Source of the DNA: Nemertoderma westbladi
Taxonomy: Eukaryota; Animalia; Xenacoelomorpha
Assembly: GCA_032718475.1 (NCBI GenBank)
Contig: JAUCBJ010003680.1
Location: forward strand, 1-49,128
Direction of reading: 5' to 3'
Length of the DNA stretch: 49,128 nt
Below, piece by piece: positions 21,428 through 32,284 of the stretch (position 1 is its first letter; every line of letters begins with the position of its first letter). The notes beneath the pieces are model-generated. The model worked only from the letters and a program-made list of their open reading frames with translations. It had not been told where the DNA came from and searched no databases. The position numbers and the translations under genes were made by a program.

Positions 21428-22127
21428 GGGATAATACATTACAAATTTGTGTAGGCCTAGAGTATACTACTATAATATACTATTAGTTGGCACACTGGGA
21501 AGAGCTATTCAACCGGCGGGATAATACATTACAAATTTGTGTAGGCCTAGAGTATACTACTATAATATACTATTAGTTGGCACACTGGGAAGAGCTATTC
21601 AACCGGCGGGATAATACATTACAAATTTGTGTAGGCCTAGAGTATACTACTATAATATACTATTAGTTGGCACACTGGGAAGAGCTATTCAACCGGCGGG
21701 ATAATACATTACAAATTTGTGTAGGCCTAGAGTATACTACTATAATATACTATTAGTTGGCACACTGGGAAGAGCTATTCAACCGGCGGGATAATACATT
21801 ACAAACTATAACAGTTGATATTTGATTACTTGTCTGGGATAGAGTGAGGGAGTAATAAACTTGGCAAGTAATAGACTTCTCTGCAGTTTGGGCCTATCCA
21901 TTCAATAAATAGTAGTAGCTTACTAGGCCCTCATGAGCGCCAAGCATGTGTGTATCTATCACAGAGTCTATGGCAATTTTCTTGTTATGGGGCTATTTTT
22001 CAAAATAATTTTTTCCGAAACTTTTTTCCACATCCTGGTGTTCAGCTGCGTCGATTGAAATAACTTTCATTGACGAAAGAGATATACAGTAGCACAGTAT
22101 ACAGTATACAGTATGCAGTTCACCCGA

Positions 22128-22400
22128 TACAGATAGATACATACATACATACACACACCTATATCATACATACATACATACATACATACATACATACATA
22201 CATACATACATACATACATACATACATACATACATACATACATACATACATACATACATACATACATACATACATACATACATACATACATACATACATA
22301 CATACATACATACATACATACATACATACATACATACATACATACATACATACATACATACATACATACATACATACATACATACATACATAGATAGATA
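22128..22400. repeat. (TACA)n microsatellite, possibly within a Helentron/DINE-like non-autonomous element
   Basis: About 55-60 TACA units, followed by ttttatagta and a TGAAAGTT-caat-AACTTTCA hairpin at ~22432-22451. Confidence 0.9.
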
Positions 22401-23323
22401 GTGAATGCTTCTACTTTTATAGTAAATTTATTGAAAGTTCAATAACTTTCATTAACTTAATAAAAATAAAGAACATAATAATAGTCATTTATGTGATATT
22501 GAGGTTTATACATTATTTTGAATTTAACTTGAACGAAGAGGTGGACACTGGACAGTTGAACAGTCGTCTGCGCTGAAGCTAGAGAGCTTCTTTTGCGGTG
22601 CACAGGCCCCGCCAGCTAAGTGACAGTTTGGCTCTATATTCGCGATTGCAGGAAATAATAAAAAGTTTAGCTATACAACTTTGTCATTATAGTACAGGGT
22701 TGTGCTATATAATATAAAATAATTCCGCTATATAAAAATGTCACCATAATATTGGGATAACCTAAGTGTCTATTATTATATTATCCCATACCATCCCGAT
22801 TTTGCAAAAATTATATCATTTTTTGATCAGCTCAGTTTCTAAATTTTTGGGACTAAATTCATTAGACTTGCTATAGTTCTTTGTTCTTTTTCTACAGTGA
22901 TAAAGTATAAATTTCGGTGATTAAATGTTCGTCACTTTATCTATTGGTTAGTAGTTCATAATCACTGGACCTCTGGTTATTATCACCCGTTATATCTCTA
23001 CCTTTTCCTATTATCACTATGAATGTATGTATGTAACTAACTATAATTATTTATCTATGTTTACTGTATAAATAATGTTTAGTATTAGCAATTATTAATT
23101 TGGTACACGTGCTACTAAAACACAAGCTGTAACACAAGCTACCCGCTACCATTACAACCGCCGGAAACACAGTTGAGAGAGGTACAATACTTAATTCACA
23201 ATCCTCCATTAATACAATGTTCTCTATTTGGGATGGAGTGATTCATGCGCGTTGTCATTAACGAGTTAGGGAGTGTTTATGTTATATAACACTTTTTATT
23301 ATGGTGTTCTGTCACAGAAAACC

Positions 23324-24604
23324 TCACTGAATAGTATCCGAAGATTTCTTTAAACACATCAAAATCATCAGCGCCAAAAGAAACGGAACTCCTGTGAGAC
23401 TTATGAGAGAAGAAGCTGTTTGAAATCCCAGATAATCGTTTAGTAAACCTCCGCCAACTGCTCCCACAATATTTCCAACATACATGGAGATTCTAAATAA
23501 TTGTAAGAGTACTGATCTCGTGTCAACGTTATCAGAAAATCCACTTTCTTGAATTGCAAGGCGTGTTTGAGTTTCTAAAGCTGTTGTTTGAAATAATCCA
23601 GCCCCTATTCCTAATATGACACAGCCAATCAATGAAATTGTAAGGGAATGTGGTAAGCCGAGCGCTTGTGTTGGCCCTATCAGTTGCATTGAAATCACTA
23701 AAACCAGGGTTCCGAGTATGCTTGGATAAATGGTATTCATTTTCTTCATAAAAAAGCTCATCAGCAAACCAGTCGATCCTTGACAAACAGGATATATCAT
23801 GAAGGCAAGCCCAATGTTATACTGGTTGATATTGTAGTTGTTATAAAGGTAGGCGGCGTAATTCGCCATGGAAAAATACACGACCACTGGTTCGTAAATG
23901 TGTAATATGAAGATTATTAAAATTCCTGGGTGTTTGAGAATTACCAGATAAGTTGGTCTTTCTTCGTTCGAATCAAATCTATCGTCGAGTTGAGTGGGAG
24001 CTTCAATGCAGCAGTAAAGGACAAGAAAGAGGAAAAACATACCAGATATGATAAATGGGAATTCGAAGCCCAAATTGTAAAACACTACTGAACCAAAAAT
24101 CGGGGAAATTGTGTAGCCCAGTGTCCCAATAACTAACGCTATGCTCGACAGAAAACTTCTATTTGTTGGGCACAATTCCATTAATAGACTATAAGAATAC
24201 ACATAACTAATTGTTAGTCCAACTCCTTCAAATAGACGCAAGGTGAAACAGACTAATATATGTAACTCATTGACTGGAATATATTCCACAAATCCAAAAA
24301 GTAGTTGGGCAAGAGATCCAATGACTCCAAATAGACCCAATGAAATCCGCGTTCCCCAGTTGCTGATTCGATGAGGAAAGACTATATAGATAAAAAGTTG
24401 TACAAAAGAGAATGTTGCTAACAAAGAGCCAATGAGAGTCTTTGTCCAACCTCGAGATTCGACCACAATAGGAAAGAATGATTCTAAAAGGTTGAGACAC
24501 CAGCAGGGGACCATCTGATAAACCAGCAACAGAACCACCAAGATTTTATACCTCCATCCACTTCTATTAGTTACACTTGCATTATGGGAACCAAATACTT
24601 TCAT
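23324..24604 (-). CDS. Intronless MFS transporter, SLC18B1-like, paralogue A (426 aa)
   Basis: About 12 hydrophobic segments; FFPIVVESRG, LRLFEGVG, GYTISPIFG (motif C-like), LGFEFPF, LIGP, GGLLNDYLGF. Confidence 0.85.
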   Translation of the reverse strand: MKVFGSHNASVTNRSGWRYKILVVLLLVYQMVPCWCLNLLESFFPIVVESRGWTKTLIGSLLATFSFVQLFIYIVFPHRISNWGTRISLGLFGVIGSLAQLLFGFVEYIPVNELHILVCFTLRLFEGVGLTISYVYSYSLLMELCPTNRSFLSSIALVIGTLGYTISPIFGSVVFYNLGFEFPFIISGMFFLFLVLYCCIEAPTQLDDRFDSNEERPTYLVILKHPGILIIFILHIYEPVVVYFSMANYAAYLYNNYNINQYNIGLAFMIYPVCQGSTGLLMSFFMKKMNTIYPSILGTLVLVISMQLIGPTQALGLPHSLTISLIGCVILGIGAGLFQTTALETQTRLAIQESGFSDNVDTRSVLLQLFRISMYVGNIVGAVGGGLLNDYLGFQTASSLISLTGVPFLLALMILMCLKKSSDTIQ

Positions 24605-24640
24605 TATAGCAATGTTTATTGACTAAGATTAAAGTGTTAA

Positions 24641-25746
24641 CCCTTTCAAGACTGTATATGGTATAACAGTTAGGTCACACCTACTAGACTATGGCCTAGG
24701 TATTATGCCACGAAGTACTAGTAGTTCTATGGCCACCTAAACATGTCAGTCTGATAGCTGACACCACACCCATTACATGTTCAGTACTCGTCCTCATAAC
24801 CAAATTAAGCGGCAATTTCAAATTTAATTGGTTGTTTTGGTTTTTGGTGGGGCTGTAGGGCAGTAAGTATACTGGAATATAAAAGCCTGCCGGTACTGGT
24901 TATACTGTATAATGTCTGTTAGTCTGTCTGTCCAAAAATAAGAAAGCATATTATGTTATAGAAGCATTCGCCATGGGGGTTTTCCAGGTCGCTGATTTCA
25001 TTTCTGATGCCAGTTTTTACGACTGACCAACTCTAGGCTGTCTGTGTCTGTATGTATGTATATTTGTCTGTCAGTCTGTCTGTCAAAAAATAGGAAGCAT
25101 ATTATGTAATAAAACCATCCGCCATGGGGGTTTTCGGATTTCATTTCTGATGTCAGTTTTCACGCCTGCTCGACTCACGACACATTGTGACAGGTGACTG
25201 TATGTATAATATGCTTCCTTATTTTTTGACAGACAGACTGTCAGACATACATACAGACACAGACAGCCTAGAGATGGTCAGTCGTAAAAAACTGACATCA
25301 GAAATGAAATCAGAGACCTGGTAAACCCCAAATAGCGAATGTTTTTATTATATAATATGTTTTCTTAGTTTTTGACAGAAAGACTGACAGACAAACAGAC
25401 ATGCATACAGACACAGACAGCCTAGAGTTGGTCAGTAGTTAAAAGTGACTTCGGAAACGAAATCAGAGACCTGGAAAACCCCCATGGCGAATGTTTTTAT
25501 TACATAATATGCTTCCATATTTTTTGACTGACAGACAAACAGACATACATACAGACACTGACAGCCTAGAGTTTGTCAGTCGTAAAAACACACACCACAA
25601 ATGAAATCACCAACCCTTAAAACCCCCAGAGCGAGAATGTTTGTAGATTTTATTTTTTCTTAAGTATTGACAGACAAACAGACAGAAAGACCGACAGACT
25701 TCAGTCTGTGGGGAACACATAAAATAGTGAATTAGGCGCGAATGGG
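24641..25746. mobile_element. piggyBac-type non-autonomous element
   Basis: TTAA-CCCTTTC...GAATGGG-TTAA; the paralogous site near 37591 has a single TTAA (empty); internal ~125 bp subunits lie in inverted orientation. Confidence 0.85.
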
Positions 25747-26445
25747 TTAATAATAAAATATTACGCAAAAGGCCAAGACTAAGATATATCAGCCTATTTA
25801 TACCAATAACTTAATTTATTATTACTTGCCAAAAAATTGTTGTATAAAGTTTTCATTGGCTAAAAACAACTGAATAAGTAGTAAAGTATATATATATATA
25901 TATAGAGAGTAAAACTAGGTTTATCATTTACTTCTCATATTGTCTGGAAACCCAGGATCAATAAAAAGTAAACATTCTCTTTTCACTGAACGTGATGAAG
26001 TTATTATTATTCAATAATATGAGAAACCCACCACCTATCTAATATATTTGTATAGACTTAAGGTATTACTAACACATTATTTATTTTAAATCATATAAAC
26101 TCCAACAAGCAACCTAATGCTATTGTTGTAAATTGCATAAAAGAAATATAAGAACATAACCCGTCACCGTCACTAGTTATAGACCTACAAGCACTTAATT
26201 ACTTGCACACTTTTACGAACCGGAACCGCATTAATAACATAAAATAAGCACCAAAATACTGCAAAGATAGGTAATAAAGTGTAATATATGGGTATGCACA
26301 TTGTATGGGATACTAATAGTTTTTGTAACAGATTTTATCATCATCCTATTATGGCGGACCTTATTGCCATTGCTTTATATAAAAAAATTCCAAAATTTAT
26401 GATTATTTCTTCCGATTTTGATGACAAAAGTGAATGGAATCTATT

Positions 26446-27045
26446 AATAGTTGGAGAGCGATACATAACCACAGGTAAGAATTTACTTCTTGCATCGGCA
26501 TAAGCAGACCCAACCAGTGTAGAATGGAATGGAATTACAGAGGAATGAAACACTGGTGAAATTAAATGAAACCAAAAAAATTCGAAAATGGGTTTGTTTT
26601 TGATTTGGTACATGCTCAGAAATGTTAATTTATTGGTCATAGGAAGTGCCTACAGGAAACGAAACTTTTGCACACTTTTATTCACATTTTGTGCAGAGCA
26701 GGTGCATAATTTGTAATTCGACTATTTTTGATAAACCACCTGTGTTGATACAATTTTTAGCACTGAATTCATGAAGTACGATAAATTTTGACCTAAAATA
26801 AGTATAAATTCAAAGCTACATCTCATTTTTAGAAATTAGTGGGGAGGTTGACCTTTTCATGGAATGAGCCAATAGTTGGAGAGCGATACATAACCACAGG
26901 TAAGAATTTACTTCTTGCATCGGCATAAGCAGACCCAACCAGTGTAGAATGGAATGCGTCCCAACCTCGCCACTCTTACGCACCGGAAGCAGACCCAACC
27001 AGTGTAGAATGGAATGCGTCCCAACCTCGCCACTCTTACACACCG
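26446..27045. repeat. 86-bp direct repeat pair (26446-26531, 26871-26956) plus a 60-bp tandem duplication
   Basis: Identical aatagttggagagcg...agaatggaatg; aagcagacccaacc...ccactcttac repeated at 26927 and 26987. Confidence 0.9.
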
Positions 27046-27114
27046 GACATTACTGAGATAATTAATTGATCCTGAAAAAAAAAAGGGCGGGGGAAATTCA
27101 AAAAGAGTTTGCAT

Positions 27115-27348
27115 ATCCCTTCAGTTTGCTGTCCGTCCCCTCTCAAGTTAGGCTTGTGACCGCGTTGGCCAGACGAATGGACGCGACGACCGTGGTGTGG
27201 ACAGGGCGCTTACGGGCTGACCTGGACCCTCGTACGCAGGGAGGCCCTCAGTAGCGTAAAGTTCAGTTCTCGCCGAACCCAATTCATGCTCTCGTTGTAC
27301 CGTATCATGCTGCATTCCGACAACTTGGACGCGAGTTGCTTCACAAAC
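27115..27348 (-). mobile_element. 3' end fragment of CRE-like (restriction-like endonuclease) non-LTR retrotransposon
   Basis: VKQLASKLSE...YNESMNWVRRELNFTLLRAS followed by CVRGSR in the adjacent frame, resembling the C-terminus of animal CRE ORFs. Confidence 0.6.
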
Positions 27349-27424
27349 AAATAAATAGAATAAATAAATAAATAAATGAATTGAATAAATAGAAAGGTGA
27401 ATGTCACGGGATAACCTATTATTA

Positions 27425-27467
27425 GCGCTTCGAAGATGCCTGATAGGCCGAAACGTACGTATAGCGC
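27425..27467 (+). ncRNA. Minimal hammerhead-ribozyme-like motif (Penelope/DIRS type), variant core
   Basis: GCGCT-TCGAAGA-tGCCTgatAGGCc-GAAA-CGTACG-TA-t-AGCGC: stem I, stem II, palindromic stem III, GUA triplet. Confidence 0.5.
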
Positions 27468-27495
27468 CTGTATGATCAGAACAGCCGGAAGCCTG

Positions 27496-27543
27496 GAAGG
27501 ATCTCATTTCCACTGTCCGAGTTCGCTCGACCTAGTAGTAGTA
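27496..27543 (+). mobile_element. ~50 bp 3' terminus of the RTE family at 32285-35129
   Basis: gaaggatctcatttccactgtccgagttcgctcgacc(tag)n is identical to ~35077-35125. Confidence 0.85.
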
Positions 27544-27897
27544 TGAAATCGACAATACTCACAGATTTTTAGTTTGTCAGTTTCAAATCAGATTTTTAAT
27601 TTTATTTGTTTAGTAGATACAGGAAACCATTTCAATTAGATGTTATGATCAAATCAGTAATTAATATAGCTGCTTTATATCTTTGTGAGAAATTTTATTC
27701 TGTATATAAAGTACTAATCTCCATCTTGCAGCTGTTCAAAAAACCTGTAAGAAACTCATTGAAGTCGTTGAACTGATAAAATACTTCATATCAAAGGGGT
27801 GCAAGGGGGTTGTATTATAACTCTGCATTGAGTCATAATTGTGGTTATGGTAGTTCTTGTGATAAGCAGTTTAGTGTCAAAAGACATAAATGGAATG

Positions 27898-28282
27898 TGT
27901 TAGCTTATTCAATCCCGCTAACACCCCATAAAGTTATAAGCCGATAAGCAATATTGGGAGCCACGAGATTGGATAATTAACCAACTCGTGCCATCCCAAT
28001 AAGAGTGGGAAGGAAGCACACAATAGAGGGTCAGGGGCCAAACCCCTAACCCAGAGAGAATAGGTGGAGTGAACGGGAACACTCCAAAGGGCGCCAACAA
28101 GGGTATCAACCAATCAGAGGGGGGCAAGGCATCGATTAGGTAGTAATTAGGCCAACCGTGCAATATAATCAGTAACCTATTAATCAGTAATTCAGTTATC
28201 TCAGTGCAGTAGTGCTAGCATAGGTTAGTTAGTTTAGATAGGGGAGCACGGGACTTTTAGTTACCGTATCCCGCCTTCCACA
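27898..28282 (+). mobile_element. Possible solo LTR between 86-bp direct repeats
   Basis: TGTTAG...TTCCACA termini, CCAAT and TATA-like motifs, higher GC than flanks; no short TSD. Confidence 0.35.
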
Positions 28283-28446
28283 TATCTATATCTATATCAG
28301 ATATTATATGCAGAGTATTATAACTCTGCATTGAGTCATAATTGTGGTCATGGTAGTTCTTGTGATAAGCAGTTTAGTGTCAAAAGACATAAATGGAATG
28401 AGTTCTTGATATAAACTAATAAGGTATAATTGTGGTTCTAGTAATA

Positions 28447-30210
28447 AACAATGTATTGAGAAATATCCTTCTAAGTGCCAAAATGGGGTCCATGGTTCCA
28501 CGACCTTTACGGAACCCATTCTGATTTCTACGGAGCAGTCTCTCAATGGGATCCCTGATGCGATTTAATAGAATTCTATTGTATAGCTTTGCAGCAATCG
28601 AGATTAATGAGATTCCCCGAAAAGAACCATAGAGTGTTAGGTTGCCCTTCTTGGGAACTGGCACCAACTTATTTGTTTTCATTTCTTGTGGGACTCTTGT
28701 TGTTCTGTATATGTCTACTTTGATGGTATAGATGAGCTTTAAACACTCAGGTATTTTAAAGATCTCAGGGGGGACACCATCTACTCCACTGGCACGATTG
28801 GTCTTAATGCTCTTTGCAGCAGCCTTCACTTCTGCAAAGGAGATATCGCCAATGGGAATATCTGGGAGTACAGACTCAGAGACTTTTACTTCTATAAAGT
28901 TGTCAAGCAATACCCTGTCATTATTGAGGAGCTTTTCAAAATCGGCCTTCCAAACATTGAGGTGATCGGCTGGTGATTCTGCCTTAACCTTGGTGGTTGG
29001 TTGACTTTTCCGCCAAGTAAGCAAGTTGATCGATTTCCATGCCTGGGATGATTGCCTGCCTTTGTCAGCATCAGTGATGGCATCAACCTGTTGGTTTATT
29101 AGCTCCTGCAGATTAACAGAGTACTGCCTGTTCAGGGACCTAGATGCAGCCTTAACTGCATTCTTGGCCGCTGGGGTCTGTTTGAGTCGGGACTCTTTCT
29201 GCGCCTTATAGAGGTCATTTCGTCACTTTTGAATTTTATTGTCAGTCCAGGGGGCCCTTTTCCTGTTTCGAGGGTATACAGGAACTGTTTCTGCAGCTGC
29301 TAACTTAACTGCTTCTGTGAAGGCAGTATAGCTCTTGCAGTGATCTGCCGCCTCAGAGGCAAGAACCTCATACCTGTTGCTCAGCTGTAGTGTGAAGCTG
29401 GATCTCACACTTGGCTGTTGTAACAGAGATGACAAAGACATGCCGCGGCAGGGCTGATTTCGTTGTTCTGCTAGCACGCAGATTAAGTCTTACCTTGGCC
29501 ACAATAAGGCGGTGATCACTGGAGAAGGGTCGAAGTGTAAATGCATTACAGTCTTGTATAGAGCTCCTGTATTTCCTACGCAACAGAATATGGTCTATCT
29601 GGGACTTGTGACCACTGGGTACACTATGAGTCCATAGCTTTCCAGTTCGCTTCTTGAACTGGGTTCCAGCCGAAAACAATCCATTTGCAGAGATAATATC
29701 CTGAAGATGGACGGAATTTCGGTTAACACTGTCGTTATTTACCCAGGGCGATGTAGGTGATTGATGCAGACTTGCATTAAACTCTCCCAGGAATGTTAAG
29801 AATGCATGCTGATCCACTCCATCAGTAGCTGCTTGTAGATTGTGGTAGAAATTATCCACCTCCTCTACAGGGGCAACATTAGTTGGAGAGTAGCACACAG
29901 TCAGAACCACTTTAGGAAAATTCTTAGCCAGTCTTCCAGAACATGAGAAGTGGCAAAGGATGATGCGGTTAGAGATTTGGTCTATTTTGTCCAATGCTGC
30001 ATGTGCAGTTGGATTCATCAATAGACCAATTCCACCATTGCCACTATCATCTGCTTATGCGAGGGCGAGTCGCCAACCGACCCCCATGTCCTAAATCAGA
30101 ACCTCTTAAGTCAGTCCAGTCTGCATTCGGTGCTCTTGAACACCCACTGCGCTAAGAGAAAGCTTATCTGCCAAGGCAGTCAGCTCACCTTGTCACATTG
30201 GGGACCCAAG
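28447..30210 (-). mobile_element. Degenerate RTE LINE (endonuclease to N-terminal RT), truncated at both ends
   Basis: CYSPTN, SQIDHIL, SDHRLI, VPKKGNL, RRNQNGFRKGRGT in broken frames. Confidence 0.9.
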
Positions 30211-30762
30211 TGTTAGGGTGGGTTTCCTAGTGGTATGTTTATTGATAATTAGTTTATAATGAGCACATTACAGATAATCAGATCCGATCAAGCAATTCTC
30301 CATATTATATTACTCAACTTTATTTCTTTTCAAAATTAAGATTAACATACACCTAAAATAATCTGGTAATTATAAACAGCACTATTATACAATAGTGCTT
30401 GAAAAATATAATCGTATAATCTCTGGAGACATGACAGGGAGGTAGGATTGGATACGTGGTTAATGTCGAGACAGGGGGCTGTGAAGTATAACTTTTTAAG
30501 CTATGTGAACTATATTTACCACTATTGATACCTGCTTTGTTATTATATTATGTAATCTAGTCTCCGTTAGTGGGGGGTTCACGCAGGACGGAGGTTGCAA
30601 ACTTAGCCAACTAGTACTACTATTTCTACCATTGACTAGTCGCCCTCTAGCAAGAGACTGGAGAACTACTGATGAATCCCCCACTTCAATTCAATGTTAG
30701 ACTTTGACAGACTACAGGTGAACCGAGTTTGGTTTCGTAGTCTCAAAGAGTGAATAAGTTTT

Positions 30763-32033
30763 TAGGGCGGTGCGTTTTTTACTTTTTTTCGATTTCATTG
30801 TTCTACCGGTGCATAAAAGTTGCCAAATGGTAAAAAAATAAGGCAAAGAAAATTTTTTTAAATTTCGTCTATATCTTCACGGATCCCAAGAGGGTTGAAA
30901 TTTTGAGCCATCGCGATGCACCATAATGAAATTTAAACTATATAAAAAAAAGTAAGTAAAGTAAATTTTCTTCGGCCGCTAGGCCAGGGATTACGCACAA
31001 AGTCTGACGACTTATTTCCAGTGCGGTCCCCCAGAACTTTACTCCCCAGAGGAAACTCCAGTACTCATTTAGCTTCCACTTAAGGATGCAAGGCAGCCCT
31101 GGCTGGTCCCTTTAAAGCATTCGTGCCGAAATGAAAACTGCCCTGGCCCATGTGAGGATCGAACCCAAAACTAAAAATGATACTTTGAATTATCTCAAGG
31201 AATCAAGAATAGACACATCACAGAAAATGATCAATGTAGTGGGTGTAGACACCTTCAAAATAAGAGTAGAGTCAGTAGTTCTTGAGCTATTTTACAAAAT
31301 GTCAAGACTATGTCCACCAATTTATTCATACTTGATATTGACATTGAGATTGACAATTCGTACAAAAACTATAATGAACTAATCACTACTCTTTCATTTT
31401 AAAGGTGTCTGTATACACTAAATCAATTTGTTGCAGTGATGTGTATATTTTTGATGCCTTAAGATGATTGAAAGTATCACTGTTAGTGTATTTGCCCATA
31501 TAGCTTCAAGGCAGTAATGTAGACTTGTGCCGGACTTCACATTTTCTGCGATATCTCAATAACTATTCGCTCTATGCTTGTTTTGATGGTGTCTACCCCC
31601 ACTAAATCGGTCATTGTGGTTCTAATGAGCACAATATTAATGCAGTAGGAGTAATAAAAGTTGGCCATCACAAAAATTGAGAATAATCGTCACTTGCGCC
31701 AAAGGGTAGGTTCTGGCCATGTGCCTGTGGCACTAGTTCTCTTGATCCAAAATTTAAAATTTTGGTATCTAACTAAGTTTGGACCCATTTAATGACATTT
31801 GATGCATGAAGAAAGTTCTTTCTTGCGTCATTGATCTTTCATCAATGTGTTATATTGTTATAAATTTCATTGTGGTGCATCGCGAAGGCTTAAAATTTCA
31901 ACCCCCTTTGGATCCGTCAAGATATCGATGAAATTTAGAGAAATTTTTTTTGCCTTTATTTTTTACCATTTGGCGGCTTTTGTGCACCGATAGAACAATG
32001 AAATCGAAAAAAAGTAAAAAACGCACTGCCCTA
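30763..32033. mobile_element. hAT-type foldback MITE with long TIRs
   Basis: TAGGGCGGTGCG...CGCACTGCCCTA; TIRs ~170 bp plus inner inverted segments; degenerate 8-bp TSD TAAGTTTT/GAAGTTAT; empty site gaagaagttattagc near 15640. Confidence 0.8.
30944..31166 (-). mobile_element. tRNA-derived SINE copy nested in the MITE
   Basis: Duplicate of 14367-14596. Confidence 0.6.
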
Positions 32034-32284
32034 GAAGTTATTAGCTTTCAAACATTTGGCGACAGACAGACCGAATCACAAACATAAAACGGTAGAAACA
32101 GCGGTACCCATGTGATAAGCTCGATTACTTCATCACTCCCCCAACAAGCTATGGGTGACAAGGGCAGTATATAATGTATGTGTTTTATTGACCCAATATA
32201 AAATGCAAGTTTCATAAACAGACAAGCAAGAAAATTACTTTTAACGAGGTCCTAAAAGCAGTACTTAACAGATAACAAGAATAT

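Larger units (their letters stand above)
17595..21806. repeat. 90-bp tandem array (~6 units) split by an RTE insertion
   Basis: Unit gggataatacattacaaatttgtgtaggcctagag...gagctattcaaccggc at ~17641, 21428, 21518, 21608, 21698, plus partial units. Confidence 0.92.
13660..25960. repeat. Segmental duplication, copy A
   Basis: 13660-14996 matches 30223-31547; 15640-16690 matches 32034-32284 plus 35130-35955; 22970-24640 and 25747-25960 match 35965-37780. Confidence 0.85.

Noticed and set aside
21428-21806. CRISPR array
   Set aside because: Identical 90-bp head-to-tail units, no spacers, no cas genes, eukaryotic context.
22067-22393. MYVC/HTYI repeat proteins
   Set aside because: Translation artefacts of the (TACA)n microsatellite.
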